A DNA stretch of 64,000 nucleotides from the NCBI GenBank assembly GCA_041397845.1, contig JAWKVW010000009.1, forward strand, positions 26,906 through 90,905, in the 5' to 3' direction. The notes below the pieces were generated by a model, which searched no databases, was not told the origin of the DNA, and saw only the letters and a program-made list of their open reading frames with translations. The stretch comes from Hyphomicrobiales bacterium. Lineage in GTDB: Bacteria; Pseudomonadota; Alphaproteobacteria; Rhizobiales; JAKPQE01. This document shows positions 1 to 10,648 of this stretch, piece after piece. The translations under genes were made by a program, and so were the position numbers. How positions within the stretch are numbered: position 1 is the stretch's first letter; each line of letters opens with the position of its first letter.

Positions 1-1160
1 AAGGCTATGAGGAGACCTACAATCAGGCCTCCTATGGCGACCGCTACGAATACGATTCCGATGCCATTGCGGCAGCGGCGGACGAGGCCGATCCGACGGT
101 CTATCGCGAAGGCGTGCTGCCGCCGCATTCGATCGACGAGGAGCGTGCGGTGCCGACCGAGCCGTCGTCGCGCAAGGGCATGCTGGTGGCTGCAACCGTT
201 CTCGGCCTCGTCGTTCTCGGCGGTGGCGGCGCGCTTGCCTACAAGATGATTTTCGGCGGCGCCACCGACGGACCGCCGCCGGTCATCCGGGCCGACAACG
301 AGCCGACCAAGGTCGCGCCGCAGGATCCGGGCGGCACTGAAATTCCGCACCAGAACAAGCTCATCTATGATCGCGTCGGCGGCAACGCGGCCGACCCGGC
401 CGAGGAGCGGATCGTGCCGCGCGAGGAGCCGGTCGTTGCCATGGACAGCAACGGCAACAGCCCGCGCGTGGTGCTGCCGCCGTCGAATGCGACGGGCGGG
501 GCCGCAACGACCGGGCCGCGCCGGGTGCGCACCGTCATCGTCAAGCCGGATGGCACGATCATCGGCGGCGACGAGCAGGCCGCAGCCGATACGGCACCCG
601 CCGTCGCGGCGCCGGTCCCGACGCTTCCGGCCGTTGCCGAGGCGCCGACGCCGGCCGCGCCGGCCGCCAGCGACCTTGGCGAACCCGGGCAGGGCGGCTC
701 GATGCCGCTGCCGCGTCCGGCCGGCATGGCCGCCGAGGCTCCGGCAATGGCGGCGCCGGCAACACCCTCGCCGCAGGTCGCGACCCTGCCGAAGCCGACA
801 GCCCGTCCGGCTGCGCCGGCGGCTGCGGCTCCGGCCGCACCGATGCCGACGACGCCCGCACCGGCGGCGCCTGCCGCCACAGCGCCAGCGCCGAAGACGC
901 CGGCGGTTACCGGTGGCTATGTGGTGCAGGTCAGCTCGCAGCGCAGCGAGGATCAGGCGCGGGCCGCCTATGCCGGACTGCAGCGCAAGTTCCCCTCGGT
1001 GCTCGGCGGCGAGGCGCCGGACATCCAGAAGGCCGACCTTGGCGAGCGCGGCGTGTTCTATCGCGTCCGCGTCGGGCCGATGGCCAGCCGCGACGAAGCC
1101 AATGCCTTCTGCGGCAAGCTGAAGGCGGCCGGCGGCGACTGCATCGTGCAGCGCAACTGA
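1..1160 (+). CDS. SPOR domain-containing protein (5' end outside window)
   Basis: Frame 3 is open from base 3 (listed ORF 114..1160). It has one TM-like segment (MLVAATVLGLVVLGGGGALAY) and a long Pro/Ala-rich linker. The C-terminus is SPOR-like (GGYVVQVSSQRSEDQARAAY...YRVRVGPMASRDEANAFCGKLKAAGGDCIV). Confidence 0.75.
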   Translation, partial: GYEETYNQASYGDRYEYDSDAIAAAADEADPTVYREGVLPPHSIDEERAVPTEPSSRKGMLVAATVLGLVVLGGGGALAYKMIFGGATDGPPPVIRADNEPTKVAPQDPGGTEIPHQNKLIYDRVGGNAADPAEERIVPREEPVVAMDSNGNSPRVVLPPSNATGGAATTGPRRVRTVIVKPDGTIIGGDEQAAADTAPAVAAPVPTLPAVAEAPTPAAPAASDLGEPGQGGSMPLPRPAGMAAEAPAMAAPATPSPQVATLPKPTARPAAPAAAAPAAPMPTTPAPAAPAATAPAPKTPAVTGGYVVQVSSQRSEDQARAAYAGLQRKFPSVLGGEAPDIQKADLGERGVFYRVRVGPMASRDEANAFCGKLKAAGGDCIVQRN

Positions 1161-1174
1161 GCCATCATCCTTCC

Positions 1175-1204
1175 GCCTCCCGGCTCCCGGCCGGGAGGCT
1201 TTTC
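1175..1204 (+). terminator. putative Rho-independent terminator after the SPOR gene
   Basis: GC-rich inverted repeat gcctcccgg...ccgggaggc followed by a tttt run, 15 nt after the stop codon. Confidence 0.4.
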
Positions 1205-1242
1205 CATTCTTCAGTGACCGTTATCCGGTCGGGGACAGCGGC

Positions 1243-2262
1243 ATGACCGTTCGGGCGTATATCTCGGGGTGCGCGGGCACCGAACTCGATGCCGGCGAAA
1301 AGGCGCTGTTTGCCTCGGCGCCGCCCTGGGGCCTCATTCTCTTTCAGCGCAACTGCCAGAGCGCCGAGCAGATTTCGGCGCTTGTCGCGTCTTTCCGCGA
1401 CGTCGTCGGCCGGCCGGATGCACCGGTGCTGATCGACCAGGAGGGCGGCCGGGTGCAGCGGCTGCGGCCGCCGCTGGCGCCGAACTATCCGCCGGCGGCG
1501 CGCTTTGCCGAATTGCACGCGATCGAATCCGGCGCCGGGCTCCGGGCGGCAAGGCTCGGGGCGCGGCTCATCGCCGAGGACCTCATCCGTCTCGGCATCA
1601 ACGTCGATTGCCTGCCGGTGCTCGACGTCGGCCTGCCGATCACGCATCAGGTGATCGGCGATCGCGCCTATGGCGGCGAGCTTGCGACCATCATCGCGCT
1701 CGGGCGGGCGGTCTGCGAGGGCCTCCTCGAGGCGGGCGTTTTGCCAGTCATCAAGCACATTCCCGGCCACGGGCGGGCGATGGCCGACAGCCATCTGGAA
1801 CTGCCGGTCGTCGACACGCCGGCCGCGGAGCTGGCGGCGACGGATTTCGTGCCGTTCGCGGCGCTTGCCGACATGCCGCTGGCGATGACCGCGCATGTCG
1901 TCTACTCGGCGCTCGACGCGGATCGTCCGGCGACGACCTCGCCGACGGTGATATCGGAGATCATCCGCGGGCATATCGGCTTCGACGGCTTGCTGATGTC
2001 GGACGACGTCTCGATGAAGGCGTTGTCGGGCAGCATCGGCGAGCGGTCGGAGGCGGCGATTGCGGCCGGCTGCGATGTCGTGCTTCACTGCAATGGTGAG
2101 GCCGCCGAAATGGCGGAAGTCGCCGAGGCGGCGCCGGTGCTTGCCGGGGAGGCGGCGCGGCGCGCGGCGGCGGCGATGGCGCTGCTCGCGCGCGGGCGGG
2201 CTCCGTTCGACGAGATTGCGGCGCGCGGCGAGTTCGAGGGGCTGTTTTCCGCGCTCGCCTGA
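1243..2262 (+). CDS. nagZ: beta-N-acetylhexosaminidase (GH3, NagZ)
   Basis: 339 aa ORF with GH3/NagZ-like motifs (LIDQEGGRVQRL, KHIPGHGRA, LLMSDD). Confidence 0.85.
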   Translation: MTVRAYISGCAGTELDAGEKALFASAPPWGLILFQRNCQSAEQISALVASFRDVVGRPDAPVLIDQEGGRVQRLRPPLAPNYPPAARFAELHAIESGAGLRAARLGARLIAEDLIRLGINVDCLPVLDVGLPITHQVIGDRAYGGELATIIALGRAVCEGLLEAGVLPVIKHIPGHGRAMADSHLELPVVDTPAAELAATDFVPFAALADMPLAMTAHVVYSALDADRPATTSPTVISEIIRGHIGFDGLLMSDDVSMKALSGSIGERSEAAIAAGCDVVLHCNGEAAEMAEVAEAAPVLAGEAARRAAAAMALLARGRAPFDEIAARGEFEGLFSALA

Positions 2263-2291
2263 AACGGCAAGGGTGAGGGGCGGCAGATCGG

Positions 2292-3131
2292 ATGGCGGGT
2301 CCGCGAGGCGAGGACGAGGGCTGGAGCGAGGCGGCCGCCGAGCAGGAGCGGGCGAGCGCCGATCCGACATTCGTCATCGACGTCGCCGGCTTCGAAGGGC
2401 CGCTCGACCTGCTGTTGACGCTGGCGCGGAACCAGAAGGTCGACCTTGCCCGCATCTCGATCCTGGCGCTGGCCGAGCAGTATCTCGGTTTCATCGAAAA
2501 CCTGCGGCGACTGCGGCTCGAGGTGGCGGCCGACTATCTCGTCATGGCGGCGTGGCTCGCCTATCTGAAATCGCGCCTGCTGCTGCCCGAACCGCCGGGC
2601 GACGAGGAGCCGACGGGCGAGGAACTGGCGGCGATGCTCGCTTTCCGCCTGCAGCGGCTGGAAGCGGTCCGCTCGGCGGCGGGGCGCCTGTTCGCGCGCG
2701 ACCGGCTGGGACGCGACGTCTTTGCGCGCGGGGCGCCGGAGCCGCTCGAGGTGCGCCGGCAGGCCGTTTTCGCCGACACGCTCTATGATCTCCTCAAGGC
2801 TTATGGCTCGCTGCGGCAGCGCACGATCGTCTCCTCGGTGCATGTGCGGCGCCGGCCGGTGCTGTCGCTGCCGGACGCGCGCGACATGCTGATGCGGCTG
2901 ATGGGCGGCGCGGTCGACTGGGTGCCGATCGAGGGCTTTCTGGCGGACTATCTCGAGGATGCGCCGGAGGGCCGCACCAGCGTCATCGCCTCGTCGTTCA
3001 GCGCCAGCCTCGAACTGGTGCGCGAGGGGGTGATGGAATTGCGGCAGGCCGAGCCGTTCGGGCGGCTCTATGTGCGCCGGCGGCCGGATGGCGAGGGCGA
3101 CGGCCAGCGGGACGGGCGGGACGAGGCATGA
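2292..3131 (+). CDS. scpA: segregation and condensation protein A
   Basis: 279 aa. The ScpA-like N-terminus is FEGPLDLLLTLARNQKVDLARISILALAEQYL. The stop overlaps the scpB start. Confidence 0.85.
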   Translation: MAGPRGEDEGWSEAAAEQERASADPTFVIDVAGFEGPLDLLLTLARNQKVDLARISILALAEQYLGFIENLRRLRLEVAADYLVMAAWLAYLKSRLLLPEPPGDEEPTGEELAAMLAFRLQRLEAVRSAAGRLFARDRLGRDVFARGAPEPLEVRRQAVFADTLYDLLKAYGSLRQRTIVSSVHVRRRPVLSLPDARDMLMRLMGGAVDWVPIEGFLADYLEDAPEGRTSVIASSFSASLELVREGVMELRQAEPFGRLYVRRRPDGEGDGQRDGRDEA

Positions 3132-3904
3132 GCGGCGAGGATTTCCCGATGGACGAGGAAGAGGCGGTTGCGGCAGGGGCCGGCCCGGGATCGGACAATG
3201 AGCCCGACAATGAGCTCGGAACAGAGCTCGACAGGGAACGGCTTCGCGTCGTCGAGGCGCTGCTGTTTGCCTCGGCCGAGCCGCTGTCGGTCGCCGACAT
3301 CGCGGCGCGACTGCCGGCCGGCGCCGATGTCGCGGTGCTGATTTCGGCGCTCGTCGAGGACTATGCCGGACGCGGCGTCAACCTCGTGCCGGTTGCCGGC
3401 AAATGGATGTTCCGCACCGCCGCCGACCTCGGTCTCCTCGTGCGCGAAGGCCAGCCGGAGGAGCGGCGGCTGTCGCGGGCGGCGCTCGAGACACTGGCGA
3501 CCATCGCCTATCACCAGCCGGTGACACGGGCCGAGATCGAGGACATTCGCGGCGTGTCGATGTCGAAAGGCACGCTCGACGTGCTGATGGAAGTCGGCTT
3601 CATCCGCATGCGCGGACGGCGACGCACGCCGGGCCGGCCGATCACCTATGGCACGACGGAGGGGTTTCTCGTCCACTTCGGCCTCGAGGCGATCGGCGAC
3701 CTGCCGGGGCTCGACGAGCTGAAGGGTGCCGGGCTCTTTGATCAGGCGCTGCCGCCCTCGTTCAAGATGCCGGTGCCGCGCGATTCGATCCTTACGGAGG
3801 ATGAGGACCCGCTCGACGGCACCGAGGACGAGGGCGACGGGGAGGCGGCCGCCGAGGTGGCGGATTTCGCGGCGGATGGCGATCCACACCCCGAACTGTC
3901 CTGA
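3128..3904 (+). CDS. scpB: segregation and condensation protein B
   Basis: 258 aa with ScpB-like motifs (VVEALLFASAEPLSVADIA, LETLATIAYHQPVTRAEIEDIRGV). 4-nt overlap with scpA. Confidence 0.85.
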   Translation: MSGEDFPMDEEEAVAAGAGPGSDNEPDNELGTELDRERLRVVEALLFASAEPLSVADIAARLPAGADVAVLISALVEDYAGRGVNLVPVAGKWMFRTAADLGLLVREGQPEERRLSRAALETLATIAYHQPVTRAEIEDIRGVSMSKGTLDVLMEVGFIRMRGRRRTPGRPITYGTTEGFLVHFGLEAIGDLPGLDELKGAGLFDQALPPSFKMPVPRDSILTEDEDPLDGTEDEGDGEAAAEVADFAADGDPHPELS

Positions 3905-4034
3905 AAACGACATTATTTCAATGTTTTGATGTGCCCGCATGCGGATGGCGGGGGTTTGTTGCGGGAGCGGGGGCTTTCTGCGATAGTGCGCCCCCGAGCC
4001 GCCGACCCGGCAACGAGTTGAGGAGAGCGCGTAA

Positions 4035-4271
4035 ATGTCCGTGGGTTTCTGGCAGATCGTCATCATCGCCGTCGTCGTCGTCCTGTTGTTCGGGCGCGGC
4101 AAGATTTCCGAGCTGATGGGTGACGTCGCCAAGGGAATCAAGAGCTTCAAGAAGGGCCTCAACGAGGACGACACGCCTGTCGCCAGCGGCCCCTCGAAGA
4201 CCATCGATCATGATCCGGTCGAGCCGATGGCCCGGGCCGAGAAGTCGAACGATCCGCACCGGGCGGGCTGA
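4035..4271 (+). CDS. tatA: twin-arginine translocase subunit TatA
   Basis: 78 aa. The N-terminal TM plus amphipathic helix ([37 protein letters not shown]) is typical of TatA/E. Confidence 0.9.
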   Translation: MSVGFWQIVIIAVVVVLLFGRGKISELMGDVAKGIKSFKKGLNEDDTPVASGPSKTIDHDPVEPMARAEKSNDPHRAG

Positions 4272-4359
4272 ACCGGCAGTTCGCGATCGGGGTAAGCCGG
4301 CCGCGGCCCGTCAGGGCTAGCGGCGTGGCGGGACGGTCGCGCGGAGGCGTCGCGCAACG

Positions 4360-4878
4360 ATGTTCGACATCGGCTGGACGGAAATTCTGGTCATTGCCGT
4401 GGTTGCGATCGTCGTGGTCGGACCGAAGGACCTGCCGCGCGTGCTGCGCACGCTGGCGCAGACCATCGGCCAGGTGCGCCGGATGGCCGGCGAATTCCAG
4501 AACACCTTCAACGAAGCCTTGAAGGAAGCCGAGCTCGCCGACCTCAAAAAGGACGTCGAGAGCATCAAGGATGCGGCGACCTTCAAGGACATCCGCTCCA
4601 GCCTCGATCCGATCCGGCATCTCGACGACCAGTTCCGCAGTGAAATGTCCGGCAGCGCGATCTCGCCGGCCAAGACGTCCGGCAATCCGGGCCCGGCCGC
4701 GGCGGGCTCGGCGCTCGAGGGCATGACGGAAGCGCCCGAGCCGCCGGCAGCGGCGGCGCAGCCGGCCAGCGCAACGTCACCGACGGGCGCGGCGGCACCG
4801 GCGGGCGGGGCGGCGCCGGCGGGCGAGGCGACCAAGACAGGTTCCGGCGCCGACAGTGCCGGCGGAGGCACGGCGTGA
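4360..4878 (+). CDS. tatB: twin-arginine translocase subunit TatB
   Basis: 172 aa. MFDIGWTEILVIAVVAIVVVGPKDLPRVLR is a TatB-type N-terminus. It lies between tatA and tatC. Confidence 0.85.
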   Translation: MFDIGWTEILVIAVVAIVVVGPKDLPRVLRTLAQTIGQVRRMAGEFQNTFNEALKEAELADLKKDVESIKDAATFKDIRSSLDPIRHLDDQFRSEMSGSAISPAKTSGNPGPAAAGSALEGMTEAPEPPAAAAQPASATSPTGAAAPAGGAAPAGEATKTGSGADSAGGGTA

Positions 4879-5666
4879 ACGACGAAGACATCGAAGCCTC
4901 GAAGGCGCCGCTCATCGAACACCTGATCGAGCTGCGCTCGCGCCTCGTCAAGGCGCTGATCGCAATTGCGATCGCGTTCGTCCTCTGCTTCATCGTTGCC
5001 GATCACATCTTCAACATCCTGCTCTACCCCTACGAGCGGGCGGCGGGCGACATCGGCAGCCTCGAGCTGATCTACACGGCACCGCAGGAATATTTCTTCA
5101 CGCAGATGAAGCTGGCGCTGTTCGGGGCGCTGTTCCTCGCCTTTCCGGTGATCGCGGTGCAGGTCTACATGTTCGTGGCGCCGGGGCTCTACAAGCACGA
5201 GCGGTCGGCGTTCCTGCCGTATCTGGTGGCGACGCCGATCCTGTTCATCGCCGGCTCGCTGCTGGTCTATTTCGGCGTGATGCCGCTGGCGATGCAGTTC
5301 TTCCTGTCGCTGGAGCAGCACGGGGAGGGCGTTGCGACGATCCGACTCGTTGCCCGGGTCAGCGAATATCTCGGCCTCATCATGACGCTGATTTTTGCGT
5401 TCGGCCTCGTGTTCCAGTTGCCGGTGGTGCTGACGCTTCTGGCGCGGGCCGGGCTCGTCACGGCGCAGACGCTGAAGGAAAAGCGGAAATACGCGGTCCT
5501 GCTCGCCTTCGTCGCGGCAGCGATCCTGACGCCGCCCGATCCTGTGTCCCAGATCGGGCTTGCGGTGCCGACCCTCCTCCTCTACGAACTGTCCATCTAT
5601 TCGGTGCGGCTGATCGAGCGTCGCCGGGCCGAAGCGGAAGCCAAGCGGGAAGTGGCGAACCTTTGA
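4875..5666 (+). CDS. tatC: twin-arginine translocase subunit TatC
   Basis: 263 aa polytopic membrane protein. The GTG start overlaps the tatB stop. The N-terminus is PLIEHLIELRSRL and the hydrophobic pattern is TatC-like. Confidence 0.9.
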   Translation: MNDEDIEASKAPLIEHLIELRSRLVKALIAIAIAFVLCFIVADHIFNILLYPYERAAGDIGSLELIYTAPQEYFFTQMKLALFGALFLAFPVIAVQVYMFVAPGLYKHERSAFLPYLVATPILFIAGSLLVYFGVMPLAMQFFLSLEQHGEGVATIRLVARVSEYLGLIMTLIFAFGLVFQLPVVLTLLARAGLVTAQTLKEKRKYAVLLAFVAAAILTPPDPVSQIGLAVPTLLLYELSIYSVRLIERRRAEAEAKREVANL

Positions 5667-5726
5667 GGTTCGGCTGAAACCGTTTTCCCCGGGCGGCCGC
5701 GCGGCTCCTCATCCCGGGGGAATTCC

Positions 5727-7007
5727 ATGTTCGACATCAAGTGGATACGTGACAATCCGGAAGCGCTGGACAAGGCGCTGGCGAGCCGTGGCATGGCGCC
5801 GGCGTCGCCGCGACTCCTTGAGATGGACGAGGCGCGGCGGGCGCATGTGGCGCGGCTGCAGGAAGCCCAGGAGCGGCGCAACGCCGCCTCCAAGGAAATC
5901 GGCCAGGCCAAGGGCTCGGGCGACGAGGCGCGGGCGGCGGCTCTCATCGATGAAATCGCCAGCCTGAAGAGCTTCATCCAGAACGGCGAGGAAGAAGAGC
6001 GGCGGCTGACGGCGCTGCTCGACGACGATCTGGCGACGATCCCGAATGTGCCGCTCGACGAGGTTCCGTTCGGCGAGAGCGAGCACGACAATCCGGTGCA
6101 TCACGTCCACGGCGAGAAGCCGGTGTTCGATTTCGAGCCGAAGCAGCATTTCGAGATCGGCGAGGGTCTCGGGCTGATGGATTTCGAGGCGGCGGCCAAG
6201 CTGTCCGGCGCGCGATTCGTGGTGCTGAAGGGCCATCTTGCCCGGCTCGAGCGGGCGCTCGCCCAGTTCATGCTCGACCTGCACACGACCGAGCATGGCT
6301 ATACCGAAGTGGCGCCGCCTCTGATGGTGCGCGACGAGGTGATGTTCGGCACGGCGCAGCTTCCGAAATTCGCCGAGGACCAGTTCCGCACCATGGACGG
6401 GCGCTGGCTGATTCCGACGGCGGAAGTGCCGCTTACCAATCTCGTGCGCGAGAAGATCCTCGGCGAGGCCGAGCTGCCGATCCGGGTGACCGCCGGCACG
6501 CCGTGCTTCCGCCTCGAGGCGGGCTCGGCCGGGCGCGACACGCGCGGCATGCTGCGCCAGCACCAGTTCATGAAGGTCGAGATGGTGTCGATCACGACGC
6601 CGGACGGCTCACGGGCCGAGCTCGACCGGATGCGCGACTGCGCCGAGGAGGTGCTGAAGCGCCTCGGCATCCATTATCGGGTGGTGACGCTGTGCACCGG
6701 CGACATGGGCTTTGCCTCGCAGATGACCTACGACATCGAGGCATGGCTGCCGGGACAGAACACCTATCGCGAGATTTCGAGCTGCTCGGTCTGCGGCGAT
6801 TTCCAGGCCCGGCGCATGGGCACGCGCTTCCGCCCCGCCGAGGGCAAGGGCGTGCGCTACGTGCACACGCTGAACGGTTCGGGCATCGCGGTCGGCCGGG
6901 CGCTGATCGCGGTGATGGAGAACTACCAGAATGCCGACGGCTCGCTGACGGTGCCGGAGGCACTCAGGCCCTATCTCGGCGGCATCGAGCGGATCGGCGC
7001 GGCCTGA
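5727..7007 (+). CDS. serS: serine--tRNA ligase
   Basis: 426 aa. It has an N-terminal coiled-coil ([18 protein letters not shown]) and class II aaRS core motifs ([42 protein letters not shown]). Confidence 0.95.
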   Translation: MFDIKWIRDNPEALDKALASRGMAPASPRLLEMDEARRAHVARLQEAQERRNAASKEIGQAKGSGDEARAAALIDEIASLKSFIQNGEEEERRLTALLDDDLATIPNVPLDEVPFGESEHDNPVHHVHGEKPVFDFEPKQHFEIGEGLGLMDFEAAAKLSGARFVVLKGHLARLERALAQFMLDLHTTEHGYTEVAPPLMVRDEVMFGTAQLPKFAEDQFRTMDGRWLIPTAEVPLTNLVREKILGEAELPIRVTAGTPCFRLEAGSAGRDTRGMLRQHQFMKVEMVSITTPDGSRAELDRMRDCAEEVLKRLGIHYRVVTLCTGDMGFASQMTYDIEAWLPGQNTYREISSCSVCGDFQARRMGTRFRPAEGKGVRYVHTLNGSGIAVGRALIAVMENYQNADGSLTVPEALRPYLGGIERIGAA

Positions 7008-7034
7008 CGGCCGAGAGAGAACCTTGCGAGGGAC

Positions 7035-7808
7035 ATGGCGGGCGAGATGCGCATCCTCATCACCAATGACGACGGCATTCATGCGCCGGGGCTTGCGGTT
7101 CTCGAGCGGATCGCCCGGCAGCTTTCCGACGACGTCTGGGTGGTCGCGCCGGAGACCGACCAGAGCGGGGCGTCGCATTCGCTGACGCTCAACGATCCGC
7201 TGCGGCTCAGGAAGATCGGCGACAAGACCTTCGCGGTGCGCGGCACGCCGACCGACTGCGTCATCATGGGCGTGCGCCATGTGCTGCCGTCGGCGCCGGA
7301 CCTCGTGCTCTCCGGCGTCAATCGCGGCCAGAACCTTGCCGACGACGTCACCTATTCGGGCACCATCGCCGGGGCGATCGAGGGCACGCTGCTCGGCGTG
7401 CGCTCGATGGCGCTCAGCCAGGCCTATGGCTGGGCGAACCGGGCGCGGGTTCCCTGGGAGACCGGCGAGGCACTGGCACCGGCGCTGATCGACCGGCTGA
7501 CGGGTGTCGAGCTGCCGCACAACACGCTGCTCAACATCAACTTTCCCGATTGTCCGGCAGCCGAGGTCGGGGGTATCGAGATCACCCATCAGGGCAAGCG
7601 GAACCAGGATCTCCTCTATATCGACCCGCGCGAGGACGGCCGCGGCAATCCCTATTTCTGGATCGCCTTCAAGCGCGGACCGGAAGAGCCGGAAGAAGGC
7701 AGCGACCTGCGGGCCGTGCGCGACGGACGGATTTCGGTGACGCCGCTGCAGCTCGACCTGACGGCGCAGGAGACGCGGCGCCGGCTGGCGGAGGCGTTCG
7801 GGCAGTAG
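7035..7808 (+). CDS. surE: 5'/3'-nucleotidase SurE
   Basis: 257 aa with the SurE signature [15 protein letters not shown] and [21 protein letters not shown]. Confidence 0.9.
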   Translation: MAGEMRILITNDDGIHAPGLAVLERIARQLSDDVWVVAPETDQSGASHSLTLNDPLRLRKIGDKTFAVRGTPTDCVIMGVRHVLPSAPDLVLSGVNRGQNLADDVTYSGTIAGAIEGTLLGVRSMALSQAYGWANRARVPWETGEALAPALIDRLTGVELPHNTLLNINFPDCPAAEVGGIEITHQGKRNQDLLYIDPREDGRGNPYFWIAFKRGPEEPEEGSDLRAVRDGRISVTPLQLDLTAQETRRRLAEAFGQ

Positions 7809-7877
7809 CGGTATTCCGGCCGGCAAGGGCCGGACGCGCAGGGCTCGACGGGGCAAGGCTCTACGGGGCAGGGGCGG

Positions 7878-8567
7878 ATGCAGGGCGACGACGACTGGAT
7901 TGGCCCCTGGGAGGGCGGAGCGGCCGGACCCGGACAGGTGACCAAGGCCGAATTCGTGCTGATGCTGCGCAAGCGCGGCATTCGCGACCGCCGGGTGCTC
8001 GCCGCGATGGAACGGGTGCCGCGCGAGCTTTTCGTCGGCTCGGCCGGGCGGCGCACCGCCTATGCCGACCGGGCGCTGCCGATCGATTGCGGCCAGACGA
8101 TCAGCCAGCCCTACATCGTTGCCTTCATGACCGAGCAACTCGCGGTCGAGGCCGAGAACATCGTCCTCGAAGTCGGCACGGGCTCCGGCTACCAGACGGC
8201 AGTGCTCGCCAATCTCGCCCTGCACGTCTTCTCGCTCGACCGCTACCGCACCCTCGTCGAGGCGGCCGACGCGCGGCTGAAATCGCTGAAGCTCGACAAT
8301 GTCACGCTGGCGGCCGGCGACGGGTTCCTCGGCTGGCCGGAGGAGGCGCCGTTCGACCGGATCATGGTGACGGCGGCCTACCCGGAAGTGCCGGAAACGC
8401 TCCTCCGGCAGCTTGCCATCGGCGGCCGGCTGATCATGCCGGTCGGGCCGGACGGCGGCGTGCAGACGCTGACGCTTGTCGAGCGGACGACGGAGGGCCT
8501 TTTCGAGACTGCTCTTCTCGAGGTTCGGTTCGTGCCGCTCGTTCCCGGCATGGCGCGGGCGCTGTAG
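7878..8567 (+). CDS. pcm: protein-L-isoaspartate O-methyltransferase
   Basis: 229 aa with the motifs QTISQPYIVAFM and VLEVGTGSGYQTAVLA (SAM-binding). It lies directly after surE, the usual synteny. Confidence 0.9.
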   Translation: MQGDDDWIGPWEGGAAGPGQVTKAEFVLMLRKRGIRDRRVLAAMERVPRELFVGSAGRRTAYADRALPIDCGQTISQPYIVAFMTEQLAVEAENIVLEVGTGSGYQTAVLANLALHVFSLDRYRTLVEAADARLKSLKLDNVTLAAGDGFLGWPEEAPFDRIMVTAAYPEVPETLLRQLAIGGRLIMPVGPDGGVQTLTLVERTTEGLFETALLEVRFVPLVPGMARAL

Positions 8568-8576
8568 GCCAGTTCC

Positions 8577-9713
8577 TCAGTCGAGTGTCCGTCTGAACCG
8601 CAGCAGCGCAAGGGCGGCGGCGACGAAGACGAAAATCGTCAGGATGCCGATCTCGCCGGCGACGGCCGGCCAGTCCGATCCCTTCAGCATGACGGCGCGG
8701 ATGACCCGCAGGAAATGGGTCAGCGGCAGCACTTCGCCGATGATCTGGGCCCATTCCGGCATGCCGCGGAAGGGGAACATGAAGCCGGACAGGAGGATCG
8801 AGGGCAGGAAGAAGAAGAAGGTGAGCTGCATCGCCTGCATCTGGTTGCGGGCGAGCGTCGAGAAGGTGTAGCCGAGCAGCACCAGACTGACGATGAAGAT
8901 CAGGATGGCGAGCACCATCAGCCAGAACGAGCCGACATAGGGCACCGCGAACAGGTATTTGGCGGCGCCGAGAATGACGATGACCTGGACGGCGCCGACG
9001 CCGACATAGGGCGCGATCTTGCCGACCATGATCTCGAACGGATTGGCCGGCATGGCGAGCAGGTTTTCCATCGTGCCGCGCTCGATTTCGCGGGTCAGGG
9101 CCATCGCCGTCATCATCATCATGGTCATCTGCAGGATGACGCCGAGGAGGCCGGGCACGACGTTGTACTGCGTGATGCCTTCCGGGTTGTAGCGCTTGTG
9201 GGTGATGATCTCGATCGGCGGGGCCGTGGCGGCGGCCGCGTTGCCGGCGAACTCGCGGGCAAGGGCGCGCTGGGAGACCTCGCCGAGGGTGCCGACGGCG
9301 CCGCTCGAGGCGGCCGGGTCGGACGCATCGGCCTCGACCAGAACCGAGGGACGCTCGCCACGGGCGACCTTCGTGCCGAAATCGCTCGGGATGGTGACGA
9401 CGAAGGAGACGGTGCCCGAGGCGATCAGCGCCTCGGCCTCGGCGTGGCTCCCGGGCTGGTATTCGAAGCGGTAGTAGCCGGTGTTTTCCATCGCCGCCGA
9501 GACGGCGCGGGCATAGCGGCCATGATCGAGAGCGAGGAGGGCGGCGGGCAGACCTTTCGGATCTGTGTTGATGGCGTAGCCGAACATGACGAGCTGCATC
9601 AGCGGGATGCCGAGCATCATGGCGAAGGTGACGCGGTCGCGCCGCATCTGGATGAATTCCTTGACGAGAACCGCCGTCAGCCGGGCGAAGGAGAAATAGT
9701 CGCCGGTCATCAC
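8577..9713 (-). CDS. ABC-2 type transporter permease
   Basis: 378 aa. It has an N-terminal TM, a large loop and then about 5 C-terminal TMs (YbhR/YhhJ-like architecture). 4-nt overlap with the upstream ATPase gene. Confidence 0.8.
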   Translation of the reverse strand: MMTGDYFSFARLTAVLVKEFIQMRRDRVTFAMMLGIPLMQLVMFGYAINTDPKGLPAALLALDHGRYARAVSAAMENTGYYRFEYQPGSHAEAEALIASGTVSFVVTIPSDFGTKVARGERPSVLVEADASDPAASSGAVGTLGEVSQRALAREFAGNAAAATAPPIEIITHKRYNPEGITQYNVVPGLLGVILQMTMMMMTAMALTREIERGTMENLLAMPANPFEIMVGKIAPYVGVGAVQVIVILGAAKYLFAVPYVGSFWLMVLAILIFIVSLVLLGYTFSTLARNQMQAMQLTFFFFLPSILLSGFMFPFRGMPEWAQIIGEVLPLTHFLRVIRAVMLKGSDWPAVAGEIGILTIFVFVAAALALLRFRRTLD

Positions 9714-10648
9714 GCGTTGTCCCCGCCACGGCCCATGAACTTGATGAAGACGTCCTCGAGGCTGGTCTCGCCGCGCGTCACTGTGGCGCCGGTCTCCCGT
9801 GCGAAGCGGTCGAGCGAGGCGTGCAGCAGGTCGGCGTCGGAGCCGACGACATGCAGCGTCTGGCCGAAGGGCGCGACCTGCTCGACGCCATCGAGACCGG
9901 AGATCGTCCTTGCGATGCCGGACAGGTTGCGGCCGCGCACGAAGAAGGTGGCAAGGCCGGAGCTTGCGACGACTTCCTCGACGGTGCCGCGGGCGATGAG
10001 ATGGCCATAGGAAATGTAGGCGATGCGGTGGCAGCGCTCGGCCTCGTCCATGTAGTGGGTCGAGACGAGAACGGTGAGGCCGTCGGCGGCAAGCAGGTGA
10101 ATTTCGTCCCAGAAGTCGCGGCGGGCCTTGGGGTCGACGCCGGCGGTCGGCTCGTCGAGCAGCAGGAGCTTCGGCTTGTGCATGATGCAGGCGGCAAGCG
10201 CCAGGCGCTGCTTCCAGCCGCCCGAGAGCGTGCCGGCAAGCTGGTTGCGGCGGGTGTAGAGGCCGAGGTCGTCGAGGGTCCTGCGGACATGCTCGGCGCG
10301 CGGCTTCAGCCGGTAGAGGCGGGCGACGAAATCGAGGTTCTCGGCGATCGTCAGGTCTTCATAGAGCGAGAAGCGCTGGGTCATGTAACCGACCTCGCGC
10401 TTGATCAGCAGGCTGTCGGTGAGAACGTCAAGGCCGAGCACCGTGCCCGAGCCGGCATCGGGGGTGAGCAGGCCGCAGATCATGCGGATCGTCGTCGTCT
10501 TGCCGGAGCCGTTCGGGCCGAGGAAACCGACGATCTCGCCGCGGGCGACGTCAAGCGAGACGTCGTTGACGACGGTGCGTTCGCCGAAGCGCTTGGTCAG
10601 GCCGACGACGTCGATGACGTTCGGCTCATTCGGCGAGGGGGCGGACAT
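9710..10648 (-). CDS. ABC transporter ATP-binding protein
   Basis: 312 aa with Walker A (GPNGSGKTT), signature (LSGGWKQRL) and Walker B (LLLLDEP). Confidence 0.9.
   Translation of the reverse strand: MSAPSPNEPNVIDVVGLTKRFGERTVVNDVSLDVARGEIVGFLGPNGSGKTTTIRMICGLLTPDAGSGTVLGLDVLTDSLLIKREVGYMTQRFSLYEDLTIAENLDFVARLYRLKPRAEHVRRTLDDLGLYTRRNQLAGTLSGGWKQRLALAACIMHKPKLLLLDEPTAGVDPKARRDFWDEIHLLAADGLTVLVSTHYMDEAERCHRIAYISYGHLIARGTVEEVVASSGLATFFVRGRNLSGIARTISGLDGVEQVAPFGQTLHVVGSDADLLHASLDRFARETGATVTRGETSLEDVFIKFMGRGGDNA

Noticed and set aside
570-900. Apparent repetitive Pro/Ala-rich DNA (…APAAPAAS…PAAPAAAAPAAPMPTTPAPAAPAATAPAPKTPA…), considered as a tandem repeat or contingency locus.
   Set aside because: It is a low-complexity linker inside the SPOR-domain protein, common in this protein class. 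No exact DNA repeat unit was discernible.
8568-8576. Absence of the nlpD/lppB-type LysM-M23 peptidase gene that usually follows surE-pcm.
   Set aside because: A convergent efflux operon follows instead. Loss or relocation of one syntenic gene is ordinary genome rearrangement, and nothing in the sequence marks an insertion scar.
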